A stretch of 64,000 nt of DNA from an uncultured Verrucomicrobiota bacterium. Lineage in GTDB: Bacteria; Verrucomicrobiota; Kiritimatiellia; Kiritimatiellales; Tichowtungiaceae. Positions 56,562 to 64,000 of this stretch are shown here, in pieces. Both the position numbers and the translations under genes were made by a program. The DNA lies in the NCBI GenBank assembly GCA_964455665.1, contig CAYVYL010000002.1, positions 2,140 to 66,139 of the forward strand, written 5' to 3'. The notes under the pieces are model-generated. The model did no database searches, was not told the DNA's origin, and worked only from the letters and a program-made list of their open reading frames with translations. Position 1 is the stretch's first letter, and the number at the start of each line of letters is the position of its first letter.

Positions 56562-58025
56562 ATGAACCCAAAAGTAAAACGTAAAAAAGTAAAAATCCTA
56601 GGAGATCCCAGACGCGTCATTGCCCAGCGCTATCTACCGGGTAATCCGGACCGTATTGCAAGAGTCATCCGCCGCGTCATCGCAATGCCCGAAGACGCCG
56701 CGGCGAATCTGCTCGAGCAAGTGATGCTTGACTTCGCTAAACGCCATCGCGACATCAACGATATTTTCCGCCGCCACTTTAATCTGGTTGAAGAATACCT
56801 GCCGATGGGACCCCCGTTGAGCGAAATCAGGCAGCAACTGATCGGTGCCTATTTCACTAAGGAATATTCGATTGAATCAGCCGCCTTGTTCAATCCTTCG
56901 ATCATCCTCCATCCAAACCAAGACGGGGTAAAGTCAGGCGAACTTCGCTTTATCATTAGTTTGCGAGCCACCGGCGAAGGCCATATTTCTTCCATTGTCT
57001 TTCGTAGTGGAATTCTCAACAAAGACAACGTGGTTCTCTTCGACCCCATCAATGCGTATGTCGAAACACCCTCGCTCCACCTCGACCCCGACTACGACCG
57101 ACATCTTTTCGAATTGAAGCTCAACGAGATGAACGCCTGCAATACAACCACAACCTGGGTGTTCAACCGGTTGCCGGACGTGTTTTCCTACAACGCTCTA
57201 AAAGAGGTCTTGGCTAGATTCCAAGAAGAATACAGCTCCCCCACCGCACACCAGTCTGAAACGCTTAAACTGATCGACTGGCTAGCCCGTTCCAACTATG
57301 AAACCACCTTTCGCGCCGAGTATCCTCTCTGCGAACGAGTGATCTTCCCCGTTAAAGAAAGTGAAAGAAGCGGAATCGAGGATGCCCGCTTCGTACGGTT
57401 TACGGAAGACTCCGGAACGGTCATCTATTATGCCACCTATACGGCATATAATGGATTTAACATTCTGCCGCAACTGATCGAAACCCAAGACTTCGTTACC
57501 TTCAATGTGAGTACGCTCAACGGGAAGGCGATTCAAAACAAAGGCATGGCGTTGTTCCCGCGTAAAACAAACGGCCGTTATGCCATGCTCTCGCGGCAAG
57601 ATGGCGAAAACAACCACATCATGTTTTCCGACCATCTGCACTTCTGGCAGGAGTCCAAAATTATTCAGGAACCGGAGCGCCCCTGGGAGTTTATCCAAAT
57701 TGGTAACTGCGGGTCACCGTTGGAAACCGAGGCGGGCTGGTTGGTGCTCACCCACGGAGTCGGACCCATGCGCCAATACTGCATCGGCGCCATGTTGCTC
57801 GATCTCGGAAACCCAGAAAAGATTATTGCCCGACTCGAAAACCCGCTTCTCACGCCGTACGAGGAAGAGCGCGAGGGCTATGTTCCCAATGTCGTCTACA
57901 CCTGCGGGGCCCTCATCCACAACAACGAGCTGGTCATTCCCTACGCCATGTCGGACATCCATTCCGGCATTGCAACGGTAGAAATTAAAGACCTAATCAA
58001 CTGCATGCGTCCCGTTAAAACATGA
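56562..58025 (+). CDS. GH130-like protein with a roughly 250-aa N-terminal extension
   Basis: The C-terminal half repeats the GH130 pattern (IEDARFVRF, NKGMALFPRKTNGRYAMLSR, GWLVLTHGVG, YCIGAMLLDLGNPEKI, YVPNVVYTCG). The N-terminal domain is unassigned. Confidence 0.8.
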   Translation: MNPKVKRKKVKILGDPRRVIAQRYLPGNPDRIARVIRRVIAMPEDAAANLLEQVMLDFAKRHRDINDIFRRHFNLVEEYLPMGPPLSEIRQQLIGAYFTKEYSIESAALFNPSIILHPNQDGVKSGELRFIISLRATGEGHISSIVFRSGILNKDNVVLFDPINAYVETPSLHLDPDYDRHLFELKLNEMNACNTTTTWVFNRLPDVFSYNALKEVLARFQEEYSSPTAHQSETLKLIDWLARSNYETTFRAEYPLCERVIFPVKESERSGIEDARFVRFTEDSGTVIYYATYTAYNGFNILPQLIETQDFVTFNVSTLNGKAIQNKGMALFPRKTNGRYAMLSRQDGENNHIMFSDHLHFWQESKIIQEPERPWEFIQIGNCGSPLETEAGWLVLTHGVGPMRQYCIGAMLLDLGNPEKIIARLENPLLTPYEEEREGYVPNVVYTCGALIHNNELVIPYAMSDIHSGIATVEIKDLINCMRPVKT

Positions 58026-58142
58026 ATGGATCTCGGAAAAGACCGGTTGAGCAAATTATGCACAAACCGCCTACACCTCAAAATCCATCCATCCGCCAAA
58101 CAGCACCGTTAAATCGGCAACGATGCACCTAGGATTCCGAAC

Positions 58143-58904
58143 TCAAAAACCGCTATCCCCTGCCGCCGGATGCCACTGCACCAACGAGTTGCTGTAGAAC
58201 ATGCAAACCAACTCGGCGGTTCCCTGAAGAATTTCGCACACTTCATCCATTAAATCCTGCGAATCATATCCCTTGCGAAAGGTCGGAACAGAGCTATCCC
58301 GAATCACATATCCGTCTTCATGCGCTCGGACGACCCGGTGCCTGTTCAGCACCGGCCACTTCCCTTGCACGCAAAGATAGGCCGCGCCCTGCGAGTCCGT
58401 GCAAGCGGCGATGTCGTCATAGGCCAGCCGGCGCTCCGTCGGAATCAGAATATTGAGAACATAGTTGCTCAGCACCACGTCATAGGTGGAATTGAGCACC
58501 GAGCGATCCGGATAAAAGTTGGGGTCGTAGTCATCGACCGATACAGCACCCGCGTTCAGCAGCGCGTCTTTTGCAAACCGATCCAGTCCGGTCCCCAGAT
58601 GCAGCACCCGCTTTCCCTCTGCCAGCCCGTCCTGACAAACTCGGACGACGGGTTGCGAGGGGTTGCGAGTATGATTCAGCGCCGTCGTGCGCGACAAGGT
58701 TCGGATGGCGCTCAACCGGCCCTGCTCGATCTCCTGCAAATCCTTTTCCAGCGCGGCAGCGATCTCCTCCTTCGGCACAGACCAGCCCGAGGCCGGGTCA
58801 TAGCGATACGCCCGGGCTAGCGAGGCATACACGATCCAGCCCCCGGTCCGTTCACGTACAATCGGCCACCCGGCCTTTTTCATTCCGTCTGAGAGCACTC
58901 CCAT
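58143..58904 (-). CDS. SAM-dependent methyltransferase-like protein with an unassigned N-terminal domain
   Basis: Motif I-like VLHLGTGLD and DVVLSNYVLN. ATG at 58904 with AAGGAG 6 nt upstream. Substrate unknown. Confidence 0.6.
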   Translation of the reverse strand: MGVLSDGMKKAGWPIVRERTGGWIVYASLARAYRYDPASGWSVPKEEIAAALEKDLQEIEQGRLSAIRTLSRTTALNHTRNPSQPVVRVCQDGLAEGKRVLHLGTGLDRFAKDALLNAGAVSVDDYDPNFYPDRSVLNSTYDVVLSNYVLNILIPTERRLAYDDIAACTDSQGAAYLCVQGKWPVLNRHRVVRAHEDGYVIRDSSVPTFRKGYDSQDLMDEVCEILQGTAELVCMFYSNSLVQWHPAAGDSGF

Positions 58905-59032
58905 GGTTTCTCCTTCACTGGTCAACACGTGCTTTGACCCTACCGAACCGATGTGCAGATTCCAAACTAGAGACCTGTTTTTCTGCACAGTCTGCGACGA
59001 AGATTATTAAATGCTCACTTTTTTATATCTTC

Positions 59033-59046
59033 TTGACGTAGATCAA
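59033..59046. promoter_or_regulatory. CRP/FNR-family (FNR/HcpR-type) binding-site candidate
   Basis: TTGAC-GTAG-ATCAA against the FNR consensus TTGAT-N4-ATCAA. TATTGT at 59068-59073 would put the box centre near -41 (class II geometry), upstream of the AhpD-like/hcp operon. Confidence 0.5.
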
Positions 59047-59115
59047 GGTTTCCTCCGTAGAGACATGTATTGTGTTCGCATCCTTTGGAGAGCCCAACCC
59101 GATCGGAAGAAAACA

Positions 59116-59595
59116 ATGAGTGAAAAAAATACAACCCCGCCACTAAAACCTCTGGCACTCATTAATTTCAAAAAGACCGACAATGAGCTGGCCAAAATTA
59201 TCGGCAACTTTTGGAAGCTGACGTGGAATAAGGAAAACCCAGCCATTGACCCAAAGACTAAATATCTACTATCGCTATCCAACGCCGTGGGCGCGCATCG
59301 GATCCGTCAGGCGACTCGTGAGCTCGTAAAAGCTTACGCCTTTGGAACAACCGTCGCAGAGCTCGATGAACTGTTCAGTCTGTTTGTCTGGAATCAGGGC
59401 GCTGGCCACTTCGCCTCGGAGATCGGTCCGTCCCCGCTGTTCGCCGCCTACCAAATGATCAAGACGCTGAAAAATGAGGGACTGTCCAGAAAGCAGATCG
59501 CCCAACAACTGGTCGAAAATTTCGGAGAAAAGAACAAGGACGTCACCACGGGATACGCTCCCGCAAAATCTCAAAACCAAACCCAAGGAGAATAG
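59116..59595 (+). CDS. Carboxymuconolactone decarboxylase / AhpD-like family protein
   Basis: 159 aa. [26 protein letters not shown] resembles the CMD-family helical core. ATG at 59116. Confidence 0.65.
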   Translation: MSEKNTTPPLKPLALINFKKTDNELAKIIGNFWKLTWNKENPAIDPKTKYLLSLSNAVGAHRIRQATRELVKAYAFGTTVAELDELFSLFVWNQGAGHFASEIGPSPLFAAYQMIKTLKNEGLSRKQIAQQLVENFGEKNKDVTTGYAPAKSQNQTQGE

Positions 59596-59597
59596 TT

Positions 59598-61211
59598 ATG
59601 TTTTGTTATCAATGTCAGGAAGCCATGAAGAACGAAGGCTGCACCATACGCGGCATGTGCGGGAAAACCGAAGAAACAGCCAATCTGCAGGATCTGCTGA
59701 TCTACCTGCTGAAGGGAATTTCAATCCGCTGCGAAAAAGCGGACGCCATCGGTTCAAAAACCGGACGCTTCATTCTTGAAAGCCTCTTTGCCACCATCAC
59801 CAACGCAAACTTTGACGACGACCGCTTCGAGGCGATGATCCGCGAGGCCATCACGATCCGCGACGCGATCCAAGTCGATTCGCTCGATGGCCTGCACGAC
59901 AGTGCCACCTGGACCGCCGACTCGATGGACGCCTTCCAGCTCAAAGCGGCAACCGTCGGCGTACTCTCCACGAAGAACGAAGATGTTCGTTCGTTGCGCG
60001 AACTGATCATCTACGGACTGAAAGGTCTGGCCGCTTATGCAGAACACGCCGCCGTACTCGGTTTCGAAGACGACGCACTCTACGCATTCGCAGTAGAGGC
60101 CCTGGCGTCCACCACTCGCGACCTGTCGGTTGACGAACTGGTCGCCCTGACCCTGAAGACCGGCGAAATGGGCGTAAGCTCCATGGCGATTCTCGACAAA
60201 GCCAACACCGAAACCTACGGCAACCCCGAGATCACTGAGGTCGACATCGGCGTCGGCACCCAACCGGGCATCCTGATTTCGGGGCACGATCTGAAAGATA
60301 TGGAAGAACTGCTCGAGCAAACCCAGGGAACGGGCATCGACGTCTACACCCATGGTGAAATGCTACCGGCCAACTATTATCCGGCCTTCAAAAAGTATGA
60401 CAACTTCCACGGCAACTACGGAGGTTCCTGGTGGAAACAGGACACCGAGTTCGCGAGCTTCAACGGCCCGATCCTGATGACCACCAACTGCATCACTCCC
60501 GTAAAAGATGCCTACAAAGACCGCATCTTCACCACCAACACCTCGGGCTATCCGGGCGTGGCACACATTGCGGATCGACCAGAAGACGGCAAAAAGGACT
60601 TCTCAGCCCTCATTGAACTGGCGAAAACCTGTGCGGCACCTGTAGAGATTGAAACCGGAACCATTACCGGTGGATTTGCTCACCATCAGGTGATGGCATT
60701 GGCCGACAAAGTAGTCGACGCGGTGAAAACGGGCGCAATCAAACGCTTCGTCGTCATGGCGGGCTGCGACGGACGTCACAAAACCCGCAACTACTTCACC
60801 GATGTGGCTGAAACCCTGCCGAAGGACACTGTTATTCTGACCGCCGGTTGCGCGAAATACCGCTACAACAAGTTGGATCTCGGCGACATCGGCGGCATCC
60901 CGCGCGTCCTCGACGCCGGACAGTGCAACGACTCCTACTCACTGGCCGTCATCGCAATGAAGCTGCAGGAAGTCTTCGGACTCGACGACATCAACGACCT
61001 GCCGATCTCCTACGACATCGCATGGTACGAACAGAAAGCGGTCATCGTGCTGCTCGCCCTGCTCTTCCTCGGCGTCAAAGGAATCCGCCTCGGCCCGACC
61101 CTGCCAGCATTCCTGTCGCCCAACGTCGCCAAAGTGCTCGTTGAAAACTTCAACATTAAACCGATCGGCGAAGTCGAAGCCGACGTCGCCGCCATGATGG
61201 CCGGCAACTAA
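59598..61211 (+). CDS. hcp: Hybrid cluster protein / hydroxylamine reductase
   Basis: MFCYQCQE...GCT..G.CGK N-terminal cubane cluster motif. 537 aa with conserved Hcp blocks ([21 protein letters not shown]). Confidence 0.95.
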   Translation: MFCYQCQEAMKNEGCTIRGMCGKTEETANLQDLLIYLLKGISIRCEKADAIGSKTGRFILESLFATITNANFDDDRFEAMIREAITIRDAIQVDSLDGLHDSATWTADSMDAFQLKAATVGVLSTKNEDVRSLRELIIYGLKGLAAYAEHAAVLGFEDDALYAFAVEALASTTRDLSVDELVALTLKTGEMGVSSMAILDKANTETYGNPEITEVDIGVGTQPGILISGHDLKDMEELLEQTQGTGIDVYTHGEMLPANYYPAFKKYDNFHGNYGGSWWKQDTEFASFNGPILMTTNCITPVKDAYKDRIFTTNTSGYPGVAHIADRPEDGKKDFSALIELAKTCAAPVEIETGTITGGFAHHQVMALADKVVDAVKTGAIKRFVVMAGCDGRHKTRNYFTDVAETLPKDTVILTAGCAKYRYNKLDLGDIGGIPRVLDAGQCNDSYSLAVIAMKLQEVFGLDDINDLPISYDIAWYEQKAVIVLLALLFLGVKGIRLGPTLPAFLSPNVAKVLVENFNIKPIGEVEADVAAMMAGN

Positions 61212-61232
61212 ACCGACCCGCAGAAATGCAGA

Positions 61233-61270
61233 AACCGGATCGACACCCACGCGTCGGTCCGGTTTTTTTA
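61233..61270 (+). terminator. Rho-independent terminator after hcp
   Basis: 12-bp stem AACCGGATCGAC/GTCGGTCCGGTT followed by a T7 run. Confidence 0.8.
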
Positions 61271-61408
61271 TCCCTCGGAACCGCCGATTGCGCAGAGTGG
61301 AGAGGGGGAGTTTTTTAACCACGAACCACATGAACCACACGAAAGGTGGGCCGTGACCTCCGGGCACAAGGCTCGGTCGATTAGGTCGCAAATTTCGCAC
61401 ACGGCCCG

Positions 61409-62161
61409 CTATGCGCTAGGATTCTGCACAACGGGGGTAGCAGCGCGATCAAACGGATTCATCCGCTGCGAAAGCGAAAACAGATAGGGATAGCTCCGCT
61501 CGAGATGCTTCATGTAGATCATCCACTGGAGGGTCAGCTGTCCGTACACTCGTTTAACATCACCGGCAAGGTGATATCGATCCGCGTCCGATAGGTTCTG
61601 AAGCGACTCGCGGGCCCCCAATTCTTCGGTCAGATGGAAAACGGCGCGCAGGACTTCGGCGAATGATTCGTGTTCGTGCAAGCTGGTGTTTTCGAGCAGA
61701 CGCAGAAGAAAATCTTTTTTTGAACACAGGAATTCCCCAGCGGCGTCCCAATCCATTTCCCCAGTTTCAAGGTCATAATGATGCTGCTTGAGAAAACGGC
61801 AAATTCGAGCGAACTTCTGCTCGACGGATTCATTACTGGCGGATGGATGGTTCTGAATTTTTTCAATCTGCGGATCGTGCGCAGACAAGATTTTCAGGAG
61901 CTTCATCCCAACTTCGCTGTAAAAGACGCCGATAATCATGTTGAGCTTTTCCAGCCGCGCCTGGTTCTCACGCTCCCCCAGCAGGCGATGAATAATTACG
62001 CTCACCAGTAGCACTTCGATAAAGACAAAGGCGATATCACCAACTAGATAAATAAAAATATGATGCGCGTCGTGAAAGAGAACATAGTGGAGCCAGTAAA
62101 AGATTGCAGAACATGCAATCAGCGAACCGCCTAGTAAAATTTGCCCCAGCCATTTTTTCAT
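61409..62161 (-). CDS. Hypothetical membrane protein (2 N-terminal TM helices plus a cytoplasmic helical domain)
   Basis: 250-aa ORF with hydrophobic segments ILLGGSLIACSAIFYWL and IFIYLVGDIAFVFIEVLLVSVII. No family recognised. Confidence 0.55.
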   Translation of the reverse strand: MKKWLGQILLGGSLIACSAIFYWLHYVLFHDAHHIFIYLVGDIAFVFIEVLLVSVIIHRLLGERENQARLEKLNMIIGVFYSEVGMKLLKILSAHDPQIEKIQNHPSASNESVEQKFARICRFLKQHHYDLETGEMDWDAAGEFLCSKKDFLLRLLENTSLHEHESFAEVLRAVFHLTEELGARESLQNLSDADRYHLAGDVKRVYGQLTLQWMIYMKHLERSYPYLFSLSQRMNPFDRAATPVVQNPSA

Positions 62162-62403
62162 CGATCAATCCTCTTTCCGATCCGGCGTCGACCCAGCACT
62201 CCGCCCGATCCATCGCCTCTGTTAGAAATCAATTTATGACAATCCAAATTCGGAAACCAATCAAATACGATTCCTGATTCGCAAAAGCCTCAAAAGTACA
62301 AACAGGCCAAGGGGCGGAGAAGTTTCCCCGAAAGCGCAACGATAGATAATTTTACCGCAGGGTTAATAACGACGATAGGAGGGATTCATGCTTGAAAACT
62401 TCG

Positions 62404-63054
62404 TTACCGACCAACTGGGCGCAAGGCTAGGTCGATTTGGTTGCGGATTTCGCGCGTAGCCTGCTGCGGATCCGGGGCCTGACAGATCGCGGAAACGACC
62501 GCCAAACAATCCGCGCCTGCCCGAATGACGTCGAAAGCGTTGGCAGCGTTGATGTGGCCGATGGCGACGAGCGGCTTGTCGGTGCGCTGGCGGATGGTCT
62601 GGATTCCATCCAGTCCCCATTCGGTGACGGTATCGGTTTTGGTCGACGTCTTGAACACCGGACTAATGCCGAGGCAGTCGGAGAGTTGCGCATCCTGCGT
62701 TTGGAGCTGGTCGAGGTGCTCGATGGAATAGCCGAGCGAACGGCAATTTTTCCAAACGGAGCGGATGTGGGCCGGGGAGCAGTCGCTGCGGCCGACGTGA
62801 ATCCCGAACGCGTGCGATTGAATGGCCACATCCAGATTGTCGTTGATGATCAACGGCACCTGATAGGTCTGGAGCATCGCCTGCAAGCGTTCGGCTTTGC
62901 GGAGGAATTCATCGGGCGCGGCCTGTTTTTCGCGCAGTTGAACCAGATCGACGCCGCCCAGAACGGCTTGCTCGGCAACGTCGACAAAATCGCGCCCCGC
63001 GCAGTCCGCCTCCGAGATCACCAGATACAAACGATAGGGGAACGGGTTGGACAT
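62404..63054 (-). CDS. thiE: Thiamine-phosphate synthase
   Basis: YLVISE.....D....AEQA..GGVDLVQLREK and INDNLD.A....A.G.HVG follow the ThiE pattern. Confidence 0.9.
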   Translation of the reverse strand: MSNPFPYRLYLVISEADCAGRDFVDVAEQAVLGGVDLVQLREKQAAPDEFLRKAERLQAMLQTYQVPLIINDNLDVAIQSHAFGIHVGRSDCSPAHIRSVWKNCRSLGYSIEHLDQLQTQDAQLSDCLGISPVFKTSTKTDTVTEWGLDGIQTIRQRTDKPLVAIGHINAANAFDVIRAGADCLAVVSAICQAPDPQQATREIRNQIDLALRPVGR

Positions 63055-63056
63055 GG

Positions 63057-63851
63057 TTAGAACTCAATTCGCAGGGTGTTTTCAAATTCGGAGGCGGTCA
63101 GATTGTAAAGTTTGTCGAGCAGGTTCATCTGCAGGCTACCGGGCCCGTTGCTTATTTTTTCGGCGAGCTCGCCGGCGACGCTCAGCAGAGCCGTGGCCGC
63201 GACCATCGCTTCGGTTTTGTTTTCGACTACGGCCAGAAACGCGCCGATCAGGGCGGTCGCGGTGCAACCGAGTCCCGTGACGCGCGTCATCAGGGGCGTG
63301 TCGTTATGCACTTGCACGACGGGCTGGTCCGACACGATAAAATCCGTTGCGCCGGAAATGCCCACCACCGCTCCGGTCTGTTCGTGCAATGTTCGTGCGG
63401 CCGTCAGAGCTTCCTGACTTTGCGCGGTACTATCGACGCCCTTTGTCTGGCTCCGGTTGGCATGGGCCAGCGCCAGAATCTCGGAGGCGTTGCCGCGGAT
63501 CGCCGTCGGGCGCAACGCGATCAGCTGCGCCAAGACCTGATCCCGATAGGCAGTGGCTCCTGCACCGACGGGATCCAATATCCAGGGCTTGTTGAGGATC
63601 TGCGCTTGGCGGGCCGCCTGCAGCATGGCGTCGACCCACACATCGTCCAACGTACCGATATTCACCACCAAGACGTGGCTGAGCGCGACCATCTCGTCCA
63701 TTTCCTGCCGGGCATGTGCCATGATGGGCGAAGCGCCGATCGCCAGCAGAGCATTGGCGGTATTGTTCATGACCACATGGTTGGTGATGTTGTGCACCAG
63801 CGGAGCCTGGGCACGAACAGCGAGGATGTGTTTCCAAAGAATGTTTTGCAT
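63057..63851 (-). CDS. thiM: Hydroxyethylthiazole kinase
   Basis: PLVHNITN.V..N..AN.LLA.GASP.M and ILDPVG..AT..R follow the ThiM pattern. Adjacent to thiE. Confidence 0.9.
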   Translation of the reverse strand: MQNILWKHILAVRAQAPLVHNITNHVVMNNTANALLAIGASPIMAHARQEMDEMVALSHVLVVNIGTLDDVWVDAMLQAARQAQILNKPWILDPVGAGATAYRDQVLAQLIALRPTAIRGNASEILALAHANRSQTKGVDSTAQSQEALTAARTLHEQTGAVVGISGATDFIVSDQPVVQVHNDTPLMTRVTGLGCTATALIGAFLAVVENKTEAMVAATALLSVAGELAEKISNGPGSLQMNLLDKLYNLTASEFENTLRIEF

Positions 63852-64000
63852 AACAACTTTCAGTTAATCCGGCAGAGGGTAAGAGAGTGGAACCCGATCA
63901 ACATAGAGCTACCGTTTTTCCTCCTGCGGATCAACTCCATTTCGGTCAGGCGGCTCGTTCTGTCACGAGCGGCGCGAATAGAGTTTCCTTCACTGCCTTT

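Noticed and set aside
63852-64000. Expected TPP riboswitch upstream of thiM-thiE
   Set aside because: On the minus strand I cannot find the conserved CUGAGA or ACCUGAUCUGGAUAAUGCCAGCG elements. Only a GCUCGU-GACAGA-ACGAGC hairpin and a loose UGAUCCGCAGGAGG are visible. The leader may extend beyond the window end; cmscan with RF00059 on a longer sequence would decide.

Overview
64-kb bacterial window. Spot counts suggest about 55-60% G+C in the core genes. PEP-CTERM protein, H1-like lysine-rich protein and the repeat types hint at a PVC-type lineage (low confidence). Positions 7.7-35.6 kb are one minus-strand translation/transcription supercluster: tRNA-Thr, tuf, rpmG, tRNA-Trp, secE, nusG, rplKAJL, rpoBC, a 755-nt repeat-filled spacer, rpsL, rpsG, fusA, rpsJ through rplO, secY, adk, map. 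This cluster has no rpsN or rpmD, and no infA-to-rplQ tail. Flanking housekeeping genes include mfd (5' truncated), an aminotransferase, PIN-PhoH, a DsbD-like membrane protein, peroxiredoxin, argH, dtd, ispA, rplU-rpmA-obg, tRNA-Val, argS, hcp and thiE-thiM. No CRISPR array, integrase, transposase or recognisable defence operon was found. Points worth a second look: (1) a family of TTCCAA-N3/4-TTGGAA palindromes, often joined to a CTAT(T)GCAATAG palindrome, scattered in intergenic DNA and stacked at 42.5-42.8 kb and 22.2-22.8 kb. (2) An accessory stretch downstream of argS (49.4-52.2 kb) holding two MITE-like inverted-repeat elements with 10-bp direct repeats, a degenerate second copy of the argS 3' end, and an AAA+ ATPase gene. 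(3) Next to it, a lower-GC cytoplasmic GT4/GT4/GH130/GH130 glycan cassette. (4) An FNR/HcpR-type box correctly spaced upstream of an AhpD-like/hcp operon. (5) Several AT-rich orphan genes. All calls come from reading the ORF translations and the sequence by eye; no searches were run.
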